Shown: positions 46,633 to 56,269 of the stretch, piece by piece
Layout of the letters: each line of letters starts with the position of its first letter
Position numbering within the stretch: position 1 is the stretch's first letter
Origin: Methanonatronarchaeales archaeon
GTDB taxonomy: Archaea > Halobacteriota > Methanonatronarchaeia > JAANXF01
Direction: 5' to 3'
Length of the DNA stretch: 64,000 bases
Assembly: GCA_018263395.1 (NCBI GenBank)
Contig: JAANXF010000004.1
Coordinates: 3,840 to 67,839, forward strand
The notes under the pieces: generated by a model
Seen by the model: the letters and a program-made list of their open reading frames with translations, nothing else
The model's database searches: none
What the model was told of the DNA's origin: nothing
Position numbers and translations under genes: made by a program

Positions 46633-47603
46633 GGATCCTCGTCACCGGGGCCGGGGGCTACCTGGGCTCCGCCCTCGCCCGGAGACTCGCGGACGAGGGG
46701 CACGGCGTCACAGGGCTGGAGAACGACCACCGGGGACTCGAGGTGGTCCGAGACCTGCGGGGCGTCGAGGCGGTGGAAGGAGACGTCACCTGCGAAGAGG
46801 ACGTCGCCGCGGCGGCGCGCGGGGCTTCCGCGGTCTTCCACATGGCCGGCGTCTCCAGCGTCGATGCGTGCAGGGATAACCCGAGGCTGGCGCTGGAGGT
46901 GAACGGGTACGCCGTCAGGACCCTTCTGGAGCACTCCATGGACGACGTGCAGCTATTCGCGTACCCCTCCAGCGTGGCCGGTATGTACACCATCCCAAGA
47001 GGGGCGGTGTACAAGCATCGCTCCGGAGGAGGCGATGCGGTCTACACCCGTCCGAGCGGGGGAGCCGTAACCGAGGAGGACCCGGTGGTGCCGGTGAACG
47101 ACTACGGCGTCTCCAAGTTCCTCGGCGAGACCTACGCCCGGGCCTACCGGGAACTCCACGGTGCACCGACCCTGGTGTTCAGGCAGTCCAACGTGTACGG
47201 CCCCTCCCCTGCCGGCCCGGGGGACGGCGTGGCGAGGATTTTCGTGGAGAGGGCCCTCCGCGGGGAGCCGCTGGAGGTGCACGGCCCGGGCGAGCAGACC
47301 AGGGACTTCCTCTTCGTGGACGACCTGCTCGACGCCTACGTCGCTGCCCTTGAGGGGCAGCCCTCCGGGGAGACGCTCAACCTCTCGTCCGGAGCCAGCA
47401 CCAGCGTGAACCGCCTGGCTGAAAAAGTGAGTGGACTGGTCGGCGAAGCCGGGGTGAACCACGTCGGTAGCAGGGAGGAAGAACTGGAAATCAAGAAGTA
47501 CACTGTATCGAACGAGAGGGCGAGAGGGGTGTTAGGGTGGGAACCTAAAACCTCATTAGATGACGGACTGAAGAGGCTCATCGACGCGATGGAGGACGAA
47601 TAG
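46629..47603 (+). CDS. NAD-dependent epimerase/dehydratase
   Basis: TGAGGYLG, YGVSK catalytic motif, SNVYG, QTRDFLFVDD. Confidence 0.9.
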   Translation: MRILVTGAGGYLGSALARRLADEGHGVTGLENDHRGLEVVRDLRGVEAVEGDVTCEEDVAAAARGASAVFHMAGVSSVDACRDNPRLALEVNGYAVRTLLEHSMDDVQLFAYPSSVAGMYTIPRGAVYKHRSGGGDAVYTRPSGGAVTEEDPVVPVNDYGVSKFLGETYARAYRELHGAPTLVFRQSNVYGPSPAGPGDGVARIFVERALRGEPLEVHGPGEQTRDFLFVDDLLDAYVAALEGQPSGETLNLSSGASTSVNRLAEKVSGLVGEAGVNHVGSREEELEIKKYTVSNERARGVLGWEPKTSLDDGLKRLIDAMEDE

Positions 47604-48548
47604 GTGGCGAAAATCGGGGTGACAGGTGCGGCGGGCTACATAGGCTCCAGGGTGATGAAGAGGCTCCTGGAGGAGGGCTATGGGGTCGACGCTATCGATG
47701 ACTTTTCGAACAACCAGGTTGACTCGGTGCAGGGCGTGGATATCCGCCACGGCGACGTGGAGAACTTGGAAGACGTCGAGACCCTGTCGGACAGCGACGT
47801 CCTGCTGCACCTCGCCGCCGTCAGCGGCGCGGACGACTGCGAGGAGGACCCGGAGGAGGCGTACGCCTCCAACGTCGTGGGGACCGAGAACGTGGCACGG
47901 CTCTGCAGGGAGGAGGGGATCCCGCTCGTGTTTCCGTGCAGCATGGCCATAATCGGCGACCCGGTGGAGTTTCCCGTCACGAGGAACCATCCGAGGAACC
48001 CGCTGAACCTGTACGGCTTCACGAAGCGCGTGGGGGAGAGCAACGTGGAGCTCTTCGCGGAGGACGAATTCCCGGCCCACGTCTACATGAAGAGCAACGT
48101 CTACGGCCACCACGCAGTGGACGGACGGACGGTGGGCAAGTCCACGGTAATCAACTTCTTCATCGACCGGGCCAGTAGCGGGGAGCCGCTCACCGTCTAC
48201 GAGCCCGGGACACAGGCCCGGGACTTCGTTCACGTGAGGGACGTCGCGGAGGCCTACGTGGAGTCGGTGGAGAGGCTGCTCGGCACGGACGAAACTGGTG
48301 TCGAAACGTTCGAGGTGGCGAGCGGCCGCTCCACCTCCATCCTGGAGGTAGCAGAGATGGTGGCCGACGGGTTCGAGAGGGTGGAGGGAGGGAGGCCCGG
48401 TGTAGAGGTGGTGGAGAACCCCAGACCGGGTGAGGCCATGGTCGACCGCTTCGAGGTCTACACGGCCCACACCAGGGAGGCGCTCGGCTGGGAGGCGAGT
48501 ACCTCCCTCGAGGACGCCGTGATCGAGACGATAGAGGCGGACCTGTAG
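47604..48548 (+). CDS. NAD-dependent epimerase/dehydratase
   Basis: TGAAGYIG, HLAA, YGFTK, SNVYG, QARDFVHV.D. Confidence 0.9.
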   Translation: MAKIGVTGAAGYIGSRVMKRLLEEGYGVDAIDDFSNNQVDSVQGVDIRHGDVENLEDVETLSDSDVLLHLAAVSGADDCEEDPEEAYASNVVGTENVARLCREEGIPLVFPCSMAIIGDPVEFPVTRNHPRNPLNLYGFTKRVGESNVELFAEDEFPAHVYMKSNVYGHHAVDGRTVGKSTVINFFIDRASSGEPLTVYEPGTQARDFVHVRDVAEAYVESVERLLGTDETGVETFEVASGRSTSILEVAEMVADGFERVEGGRPGVEVVENPRPGEAMVDRFEVYTAHTREALGWEASTSLEDAVIETIEADL

Positions 48549-48568
48549 CCCCCTCCCCGGTTACCGGG

Positions 48569-48808
48569 TTACGCGGCGCGGCTGTCGGAGCGGGTTCCCG
48601 CCATCGAGAACGGCCCCGGTGCCGTCGCCACCACCGCGACCGAGTTCGCCAGTGCGCCGCTCACGGTCAGGAGGGCGGCCGAGAGGAAGGGGTTAGAGCG
48701 AGGTACCGACCGGTCTCGCCGGGAGGCGTACTCGAGGCCCACTTTCACGACGCCGTAACAGACCATCGCCACGAGAGACGGGTGCATCCGGGTGAGCTTC
48801 AGGGTCAC
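48569..48808 (-). CDS. Possible small membrane protein or remnant
   Basis: Start overlaps glmS stop (GTGA); moderately hydrophobic; no family recognised. Confidence 0.25.
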   Translation of the reverse strand: MTLKLTRMHPSLVAMVCYGVVKVGLEYASRRDRSVPRSNPFLSAALLTVSGALANSVAVVATAPGPFSMAGTRSDSRAA

Positions 48809-50616
48809 TCCACGGTAACGCTCTTTGCGAGGTTCCTCGGCCTGTCTATCGGTCTGCCCAGCTCCCTCGCCACGTGGTACGCGAAAAGCTGCATTACGAC
48901 GGTGGACAGGAGCGGGGAGAGCCGGTGGTCGGCGTCAGGCACCCTCAGCACCTCCTCGCAGAACCTCCCGGTGTCCTCGTCCGACTCGCTGGCCACGGCG
49001 ATTACGGGGCCGTCCCGGGCCTCCACCTCCTTGGCGCTGGAAAGCGTCTTTTCGTAAAGCGGGGACGAGGTCAGCACGGCCACCACCGGCGTCCGCCGGG
49101 TTATCAGGGCGAGTGGTCCGTGCTTGAGTTCGCCGGCGGGGTAGCCCTCTGAGTGCACGTAGCTGATTTCCTTCATCTTGAGGGCCCCCTCCATCGCGAC
49201 GGGGTAGTCCACTCCCCTGCCGATGAAGAAGAAGGCCTCGCTGTCCACGTAGCTCTCCGCGACGCTCTCCACGTCTTCCACCTCGTCGAGAACCCGCTGC
49301 ACCTTGGACGGCATGTCACGCAGCTCGGCGATGAGGTGTTTCGCTTCGGAACGCGGCAGGTCACCGGACTCCCTGCCGAGGGCGATCGCGAGCATCGCCA
49401 CGCAGGCCAGCTGATTCGTGAACGTCTTGGAGGCAGCCACGCCGATTTCGGGACCGCTCCGCAGGTACACGACGTCGTCCGTCATCCGGGTGGCGGTAGA
49501 GCCGACGACGTTGGTGAGAACGAGCACCGCGTGGCCCTCGTCACCCGCCCTCTCTATCGCCCTCAGGGTATCCGCGGTCTCCCCGCTCTGGGTGATTCCG
49601 ACGGTGAGAATGTTTTTCCCGGAGACGGGTCCGTAGCGGTACTCGCTTGCGTGGCGAGCGTTGACGGGCAGGCCCGTAAACTCGCCCGTCAGCCTTGCCC
49701 CGTACAGGGCGGCGTGGTAGGAGGTTCCACACCCCACGAACTCCACTCCTTCGAGTACCTCCATCCCGTCACGGTCCAGCGCCACGCCCGGGTCGACCTC
49801 CCCCATCAATTCGTCGAGCCGTCCACCCATACACTCGGCGAGGGCGCGGGGCTGCTCGTGAATCTCCTTGAGCATGTAGTGCTCGTAGCCGCCCCTCTCC
49901 GCCTCCTCGGCGTCCCACTCGACCACCTCCTCCTCTCTCTCCACCGGTTCGCCGTCGAAGTCCCTCACCTCCACGGAGTCCCTTTTGATCACAGCCATCT
50001 CGCCGTCGAGCAGGTACTTTACCCGCCTCGTGTACGGAAGGATAGCGGGCACGTCGCTCGCGACGAAATTCGCGTCATCGGAGAGCCCTATCACCAGGGG
50101 GCTGCCGTTCCTGGCCGCCACGAGCCCATCCTCGCCGACTGCACAGATGGCGAAGGAGCCCTCCAGCTCCGATACCGTCTCCCGCAGCGCGTGCTCGAGT
50201 GAACCGTCCAGCCGCTCCTCCAGCAGGTGGGGAACCACCTCGGTATCCGTGTAAGAGCTGAAGACGTGCCCCCTCTCCTCGAGCCCCTCCCTGAGCTCCG
50301 CGTAGTTCTCCACGATTCCGTTGTGGACGACCGCCAGGTCCCCGTCGCAGTCCGTGTGCGGATGGGCGTTTCCCTCCGAGGGTTTTCCGTGCGTGGCCCA
50401 CCTCGTGTGTCCCACGCCGGCCCTTCCCTCCATCCCGGAGAGCCCGAGGGCCTCGTCCAGGGTCTCCATCCTGCCGACGCCCTTGGAGACGCTCAGGCTC
50501 CCTGCGTACGTGGCCAGACCTGCCGAGTCGTAGCCCCGGTACTCCAGCCGCTTCAGGGCATCCACGAGAACAGGCGCCACCTCCGAGCCGGAGACGGCTC
50601 CCACTATGCCGCACAT
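48805..50616 (-). CDS. glmS: Glutamine-fructose-6-phosphate aminotransferase
   Basis: MCGIVG, LEYRGYDSAG, GHTRWATHG, QSGETADT, ELKHGP, RPRNLAKSVTVE. Confidence 0.98.
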   Translation of the reverse strand: MCGIVGAVSGSEVAPVLVDALKRLEYRGYDSAGLATYAGSLSVSKGVGRMETLDEALGLSGMEGRAGVGHTRWATHGKPSEGNAHPHTDCDGDLAVVHNGIVENYAELREGLEERGHVFSSYTDTEVVPHLLEERLDGSLEHALRETVSELEGSFAICAVGEDGLVAARNGSPLVIGLSDDANFVASDVPAILPYTRRVKYLLDGEMAVIKRDSVEVRDFDGEPVEREEEVVEWDAEEAERGGYEHYMLKEIHEQPRALAECMGGRLDELMGEVDPGVALDRDGMEVLEGVEFVGCGTSYHAALYGARLTGEFTGLPVNARHASEYRYGPVSGKNILTVGITQSGETADTLRAIERAGDEGHAVLVLTNVVGSTATRMTDDVVYLRSGPEIGVAASKTFTNQLACVAMLAIALGRESGDLPRSEAKHLIAELRDMPSKVQRVLDEVEDVESVAESYVDSEAFFFIGRGVDYPVAMEGALKMKEISYVHSEGYPAGELKHGPLALITRRTPVVAVLTSSPLYEKTLSSAKEVEARDGPVIAVASESDEDTGRFCEEVLRVPDADHRLSPLLSTVVMQLFAYHVARELGRPIDRPRNLAKSVTVE

Positions 50617-51837
50617 CTATCCCGAGAGCCTCGACCCGGAGTCGAGGTCGTCCCTGACCACCGCTCCGGGAAGCACTTCACACTCCCTTCCGACCACTCT
50701 ACCGGGGGACATCGTCACGTTTCCGCCTATCCTGGAACGGTCCGCGATCATCCCGCCTATGCCCTCTATCCTGTGGAGCCTCTCCTTGACCTCCACCCTC
50801 GAGGCGCCCGCCTCCGAGACGAAGTGGCTGCCCAGCCTCACCCCTTCACCCACCACGCAGCCCTCCACGCTCGACGAAGACCCCACCCTTACCCCCCTCA
50901 TCAGCACCGAGTTCCCGACGACCGCCCCCGGACCCACCGACACGTTTTCGCCAACGCTCGTCGAGGGCATGATTGCCGCACCCGGGCCGATGTCGCTGTT
51001 CCTGCCGACGACGCACGGCCCCGCGACGTAGGCACCGCTCCGGATCACCGTTCCCTCACCGACGGAGACGGGGCCCCTCACGACCGCGCCCTCCTCCACC
51101 CTCCCCTCCATCGCGAAGTCGAGGTTGAACGCCTCCTCTCCTTCGAGGACGACGCCGTTCACCCTCACGAGGTCCCAGGGATATACCGCGTCCATCCAGG
51201 TAGCGTCGGTCTCAACGACCCTGACCTCCCTGCCGACGTCCACGAGTTTCTGAATCGAGGCGGTTATCTCGTACTCACCCCGGACGCTCAGCTCCGTGGA
51301 GTCGATGGCGTCGAACACCTCGTCGGTGAACGCGTAGACCCCCAGGTTTACCTCGCGCGTACCCCCCCGGCTGGGCTTCTCCTCCACCCCCGTCAGGAGG
51401 CCCCCCTCCGAGGCAATCGCCCCGTAACCGTCGTCGACCTCCGCCCGCTTCACCAGGACGCCGTTACCCCCTTCGACGGAGTCGATCAGGTCCCTGACGG
51501 CGTCGGGGTGAACGAGGTTGTCCCCGTTGATCACGAGGAAGCGGTCGCCGACCTCCTCCCTGACGCTCTCCACGGCGTGGGCGGTACCCAGCTGCTCCTC
51601 CTGGACGACGTACGTTATGTCCACGTCCCACTCGTCGCCGTCCTCGAAGTACGACTGGACCTTCTCCCTCCTGTAGCCGACCACCATCACCAGGTCGTCC
51701 ACGCCCATGTCGGAGAGCGCCCTGACCTTGTACTCCAGGATGGGCCTGTTCGCCACCGGAAGCATAACCTTCGGCCTCGTCTCGGTGAACGGCCTGAGCC
51801 TGGAGCCCTCGCCCGCGGCGAGTATAACCGCCTTCAT
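50617..51837 (-). CDS. GlmU-like sugar-1-phosphate nucleotidyl/acetyltransferase (paralog 1)
   Basis: LAAGEGSRLRP.T..RPK, LGTAHA, left-handed beta-helix hexapeptides. Confidence 0.92.
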   Translation of the reverse strand: MKAVILAAGEGSRLRPFTETRPKVMLPVANRPILEYKVRALSDMGVDDLVMVVGYRREKVQSYFEDGDEWDVDITYVVQEEQLGTAHAVESVREEVGDRFLVINGDNLVHPDAVRDLIDSVEGGNGVLVKRAEVDDGYGAIASEGGLLTGVEEKPSRGGTREVNLGVYAFTDEVFDAIDSTELSVRGEYEITASIQKLVDVGREVRVVETDATWMDAVYPWDLVRVNGVVLEGEEAFNLDFAMEGRVEEGAVVRGPVSVGEGTVIRSGAYVAGPCVVGRNSDIGPGAAIMPSTSVGENVSVGPGAVVGNSVLMRGVRVGSSSSVEGCVVGEGVRLGSHFVSEAGASRVEVKERLHRIEGIGGMIADRSRIGGNVTMSPGRVVGRECEVLPGAVVRDDLDSGSRLSG

Positions 51838-53018
51838 AGCCTAGTTCCTCTTACGTATTCCCCGGGCTCCGTATAAAGCCCCTCTCCGATGACTGTCCCC
51901 GGGTTCAGCGAGGTGTTCACCCCGGTCTTCGCGTCGTCGCCGAGAACCGCGCCGAGCTTCCTCCTGCCCGTGTCCACGAGCTCCCCCTTCACCTCGACCC
52001 GGACCCTCCCGCCGTCATGCCTGAGGTTCGCGGTCACCGTACCCGCCCCGAGGTTGCACCTCCTCCCGAGCACGCTGTCGCCCACGTAGCTCTGGTGCCC
52101 CACGCTCGCCCCCCCCATCAGTATGCTGTTCTTGACCTCCACCCCGTTCCCGACCCTTGCCCCGCCCCCGATGGAGGTGTAAGGCCTGACGTGGCAGTTC
52201 GGCCCGACGACGCAGTCCCCCCCTATCGCGACCGGCCCCTCGACGTATGCGCCGCTCCGTATCACCGTCCCGCCTCCGACCGAGACCTCTCCCCTCAGCG
52301 TGGCGCCGTCCTCCACCTCCCCCTCCACGGAGGGCTCCAGTCCCTCCAGGGCGCGGGCGTTCGCCTCCAGCAGGTCCCAGGGGTAACCCACGTCGAGCCA
52401 GAACCCCCCGACCTCGACGGCCTCCACCCCGTCCAGCCTCCTCACCGCGTCCGTGAGCTCCACCTCGCCTCGCTCGGACGGCTCCACGCTCTCGAGTGCG
52501 TCGAATACCTCCGGCGTGAACCTGTAGATACCCGCGTTTACCAGGTTCGAGGGAGGGGATGCCGATTTCTCCACGAGGTCGTGAACCGTGCCGTCCCCGA
52601 CCACCACGGAGCCGTAGTGCTCCGGGTCGGCCACCTCCTTCACCGCCACGGCGTTGCCTCCCCTCCCTGCGAGTTCGCGAATCGGTTCCCCCTCCACGAA
52701 CAGGTCGCCGTTTACGACGAGGAAATCGTCGTCGACCTCGTGCCTGGCCGTCCTCACCGCCTCCCCGGTCCCCCTATCCCCGGACTGCTCCACGTACGAG
52801 AGACGCACGCCCCGGAACTCCTCCCCGAGGCTACGGCGGACCGCGTCACCCATGTACTCCACGACGAGGACGGCCTCCTCCACCCCGGCAGAGACCAGCC
52901 CCTCCAGCAGGTGCTGCACCAGGGAGACGTTTGCCACCGGAAAGAGCGGCTTGGGGCGGCCGTCCGTAAGGGGACGCATCCGGGTGCCCCTGCCGGCGGC
53001 CAGCACTACTGCCTTCAT
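51834..53018 (-). CDS. glmU: GlmU-like bifunctional sugar-1-phosphate nucleotidyl/acetyltransferase (paralog 2)
   Basis: MKAVVLAAGRGTRMRPLT..PKP, SERGEVELTD, SYVGDSVLG, GAGTVTANLR, DTGRRKLGA. Confidence 0.92.
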   Translation of the reverse strand: MKAVVLAAGRGTRMRPLTDGRPKPLFPVANVSLVQHLLEGLVSAGVEEAVLVVEYMGDAVRRSLGEEFRGVRLSYVEQSGDRGTGEAVRTARHEVDDDFLVVNGDLFVEGEPIRELAGRGGNAVAVKEVADPEHYGSVVVGDGTVHDLVEKSASPPSNLVNAGIYRFTPEVFDALESVEPSERGEVELTDAVRRLDGVEAVEVGGFWLDVGYPWDLLEANARALEGLEPSVEGEVEDGATLRGEVSVGGGTVIRSGAYVEGPVAIGGDCVVGPNCHVRPYTSIGGGARVGNGVEVKNSILMGGASVGHQSYVGDSVLGRRCNLGAGTVTANLRHDGGRVRVEVKGELVDTGRRKLGAVLGDDAKTGVNTSLNPGTVIGEGLYTEPGEYVRGTRL

Positions 53019-53198
53019 CTCCCCGATATTGTACGTCGCCACCGATAACACTTTTACCCGCGACACTGCTAGGGAGGTTAACCGGTCCGCTCCCCCGGCC
53101 CTTCAACCCCCTCCTTCGCCGGTCGGCGGTGAACCGGTCGACACGTAACGTAGCAAAGTATTATATACGGGCATCCCTATTCTCCAGTTTGAGAGGGG

Positions 53199-53993
53199 AT
53201 GGCCGACGTGGAGCTCAAGAGGCTGCAGGACCTATACGATAACGGGGTTCTGACCGACGAGGAGTACCAGCGGCTCAGGGAGAGGGCCGAAGAGGTGCCC
53301 GAGAGGGAGGTCCTGTCGACCGGCATGCACCTCCTCGACACGAGGCTCAACGGGGGAATCCTCAGCGGCTCCCTGGTTGCGCTTATCGCCGACCCCCTCG
53401 CCATGCCGGGGATGTTTCTCTACCACTTCTGCGAATCGAGGAGGACCGTCTACTTCACAACCGACAGGAAGGCCGAATACGTACGGCAGGACATCGCCTC
53501 GTCCAACTTCGAACCGAAAGAGCTCCAGTTCGTGGACGTGTACAGCCACCACTACCTCGACGACCGCGGTGACCTCCGTACCGGGGGAGATTACGAGGAC
53601 CGCAGGACCCTCGATTTCGTAATGGACCGCCTCAAAAGGATGAGGGTCGAGGAGGAGGGGATAAACATCGTATTCGACAGCTTCTCGTTTTTCGAAAACC
53701 TCGAGCTGCAGACGCGACAGGTACACCTCCTGCTGAACTACATCTACGAGACAAGCAAGGACGTAAACGGCCTCACCTACCTGCTGAGCAACTCCTCGAC
53801 GGAGGATTTCAACAACGCGATGGAGAGCACCTGCGACGTCGTCATGCGCGCAGAGGTCGATGAGGCGGAGAAAGCCATGAAGAAAGTGCTCTACATCCCA
53901 AAGCTCAGGGGCGGCACGCCCCCCGACACCGCGGTCAAGTACGCCGTGGAATCCGACACCGGGATAAAGGTGGACACCAGCAGGCTCGTTTAG
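53199..53993 (+). CDS. SHOCT-fused RecA/KaiC-like (RAD55-type) ATPase, degenerate P-loop
   Basis: N-terminal ELKRLQDLYDNGVLTDEEYQRLR; LSTGMHLLDTRLNGGI..GSLVAL, IVFDSFS, PKLRGG; Walker A replaced by ADPLAMPG. Confidence 0.75.
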   Translation: MADVELKRLQDLYDNGVLTDEEYQRLRERAEEVPEREVLSTGMHLLDTRLNGGILSGSLVALIADPLAMPGMFLYHFCESRRTVYFTTDRKAEYVRQDIASSNFEPKELQFVDVYSHHYLDDRGDLRTGGDYEDRRTLDFVMDRLKRMRVEEEGINIVFDSFSFFENLELQTRQVHLLLNYIYETSKDVNGLTYLLSNSSTEDFNNAMESTCDVVMRAEVDEAEKAMKKVLYIPKLRGGTPPDTAVKYAVESDTGIKVDTSRLV

Positions 53994-54137
53994 GGCCCCG
54001 AGGAACCGGACCGTGGGAGCGGCCTTAAACTTCGCATTGTATCACTTTTTTGTGCCTCTGAAGCGAGAGAGACGGGGATTCACAAGGTGTGGCGGAAGAG
54101 GCATCAAGCGGGAGGCCCTTTTGATTAACCTCCGGGG

Positions 54138-54399
54138 ATGGGGATACGCTACCACAGCTATCGCCTTAGCGGTACTCATAGGCGCGATAGCCACTATCCC
54201 GACGGCCGTGGCCTCCGAGATAGGAGACGTCCGTGGCGAGGTTTAGACCGAGCTGGGGGGGCGTATCCGGACAGACCGTCGTGCTCAAAAAAAACAAGTC
54301 GGCAACTCCTACGTCGAGTACGCCCCGGAGAAGACGGGTGACAGCGGTACGTTCTCGTTCCCTGTAGAGGAACGGAGTAGCTACCTTGTAACGTTCTAA
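54138..54399 (+). pseudogene. Decayed secreted-protein gene
   Basis: Signal-peptide-like YATTAIALAVLIGAIATIPTAVA, in-frame TAG at 54244-46, frame changes at G/A runs; restored reading GEV*TELGGVSGQTVVLK..GDSGTFSF...YLVTF resembles a small beta-sandwich. Confidence 0.5.
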
Positions 54400-54725
54400 C
54401 GTTCGTATGAGACAGCCTGCCCTACTTTAAACACGTGACGTTTAGAGGAACCGATACTGAAGTAAATTTCCAGACAAAGTACGTCGTCATAGACGGCGGG
54501 ACAGGGGGCAGGGTTACCCTCGAAGGGAAGCCCGTAGCGGGGGCGGATGTCACCGTTTTCCGTAGCGGCGAGGTAGTAGACACCGGGCTTATCCTCCATG
54601 AACTCCTCGATTAGCCGCGTCTTCCCGACCCGGCGCCTGCCGTAGACCGGGACGAAACCTCCCGCTGCGTAGGCTTTTTCCAGTGCCTCCATCTCGCTCT
54701 CCCGGTCGAGGAACTTCATACCCAC
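54396..54725 (-). pseudogene. Truncated archaeal AAA ATPase (ATPase_2/DUF234-type)
   Basis: MKFLDRESE..L, VYGRRRVGKTRL then loss of similarity after ~55 aa; full-length family members are several hundred aa. Confidence 0.75.
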
Positions 54726-54845
54726 CCATCAACATCAAACAATTTAAAAGTTGTCAAATATAGAATAAACAACTCAAGCTTGTTATCCGGTAACAATTCG
54801 GCTTCGAGACCGGCTCCTTAAACGCTTTATCGCGTTTCAACCGAT

Positions 54846-54932
54846 GTGGTCGTGGCCAAAACGGAGACAGAGAGCCCGTTCGTGATAACCTCTTTCTTTA
54901 CCGACGAGGTTAAAAGCGGGACACCTGTCTGA
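54846..54932 (+). pseudogene. 3' remnant of the toxin gene that is intact at 60170-60469
   Basis: VVVAKTETESPFVITSFFTDEVKSGTPV* vs LVVVKVEVDSPFVITSFFTDGIKSGAPV*; DNA aligns without gaps to 60383-60469. Confidence 0.85.
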
Positions 54933-55276
54933 GCCGAGGATGATGGAGGCGATTTCACCGGGAAGACTTCTCTCGATGTCACGCCACAACCGGTTCCGGT
55001 AGCTCTTAGGTCGTTTCAAAGCCCTTGAAAGTAGGGAAATCCGCCTCCGCGTTCAGGCGAGAAAGGTTGACGGGTTTCATCTTCTCAGCCCTTTTGAAAC
55101 GGGCTCTCTGATTGGGCAGGACTCACTTTGGAAAGAGGTACATTCACAGATGCTGATCTGGACGACGGAACTCTCGTGACCGTCAAACTCATCGACACCG
55201 AGAGCGAGCAGATAGTCTTCACCAGCGAGGCCACGGCGAAGTAACGAAGAACTCAGACTCAAGGTATCAAAAAAAC

Positions 55277-55354
55277 AAAAACGCAACCCCTTCTATTACT
55301 CACGACGGGACGGTTGGGGCTGCCGCCGCGTGTGGGGGACCGGTGCGCCGGTGA
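55277..55354 (+). repeat. TA-array spacer copy A (5' part)
   Basis: aaaacgcaacccc..ttactcacgacgggacggt..gccgc..gtgggggaccggtgcgccggtg. Confidence 0.75.
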
Positions 55355-55441
55355 TGAGTCTGTCTCGAGAGTCGAAAAGGGTCGGGAGGATGGGCGCAAC
55401 GAACCTCTCTCGCCTCATCGTTCGGGTGGTGATTCCTATCT

Positions 55442-55849
55442 TCAGGGCTTGCCGTTGATGAGGGGTGGGGCGGTTCCTGGGTGGGCCGGTTTAGTAGGAG
55501 ACCTGCTCAGCCCTGCTTCTTCCGGGTCAGGAAAAGTTTCCGGGGCAGGTGGTCCTGGGAGGGGCAGAGTGAGTGAGTTTTTCGCGACGAGCGATGCGAG
55601 GTCGTACGCAAGGGTCCTGTTGTCCGGAAAGTACAGGACTTTCAGGTTCCCGTACTCCTCTTCGTCCAAGAAGTCGGAGTCGTTGGTGGGGAGGACGTAG
55701 TTGTTCTCAGCAGCGTATCGCGCTATCTCTGCGTCGGTCGTTCCGGTGCCGAGTTCGTCTCTTACGTGGACTCCGACGTTTCCCTCTTTTTCGAGGTATC
55801 TGGTCACCTGTGGATCGACGTTCTCGTCGCAAAGCACGCGGTACGCCAT
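55442..55849 (-). CDS. DUF5615 PIN-like toxin, probably frameshifted near its C-terminus
   Basis: LCDENV, D.EI..YA, TNDSDF; removing one A from the run at 55578-55582 gives ..PSQDHLPRKLFLT..* ending 55507. Confidence 0.8.
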   Translation of the reverse strand: MAYRVLCDENVDPQVTRYLEKEGNVGVHVRDELGTGTTDAEIARYAAENNYVLPTNDSDFLDEEEYGNLKVLYFPDNRTLAYDLASLVAKNSLTLPLPGPPAPETFPDPEEAGLSRSPTKPAHPGTAPPLINGKP

Positions 55850-56140
55850 TTACGCGAGGTCTTCCAGCGTCTTGGCTCCCTTCTCTAGGGCTTCTTCCTC
55901 GCGGCGCCGTATCTTCTCCCTCACCTCGGCCATCTCGTCAGGGTGGTCGTGGTAGTAACTGAGTGCCCTGTAGACGTCGGCTATGTCGAGGTCGTAGCGA
56001 TCCGCCACCGTCTTTGCGGACAGGCCTCGCCCCTCTACGAGTTCCGCCACCTGCCGGACGGTGATGCGTCTCCCCTCAAGCCGGGGCTCGCCCCCCATCA
56101 CCTCTTCGCTTTTCACGATCCTCACTACTTTTTGGGGCAT
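55850..56140 (-). CDS. DUF433 antitoxin
   Basis: VMGGEPRLEGRRITV, A..YDL...DVYRALSYY. Confidence 0.9.
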   Translation of the reverse strand: MPQKVVRIVKSEEVMGGEPRLEGRRITVRQVAELVEGRGLSAKTVADRYDLDIADVYRALSYYHDHPDEMAEVREKIRRREEEALEKGAKTLEDLA

Positions 56141-56143
56141 TAT

Positions 56144-56269
56144 CTAGAAGTAGGGCGCTCTTTCCCATAACTCTTCCTCAGAAGTAAGAGGACGGTTGAT
56201 GAATGGCCTCAGCTTCGAAGGGGTGAGGTCGGTGAAGGGGAAGGGTATAAGGACAAATTTGCCCTTCAT
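56144..56269 (-). pseudogene. Truncated MazF/PemK toxin
   Basis: MKGKFVLIPFPFTDLTPSKLRP = PemK N-terminal motif; similarity lost after ~22 aa; ATG overlaps antitoxin stop (ATGA). Confidence 0.75.

Noticed and set aside
48805-53018. Tandem glmU paralogs next to glmS as a novelty
   Set aside because: This is a common arrangement in euryarchaea.
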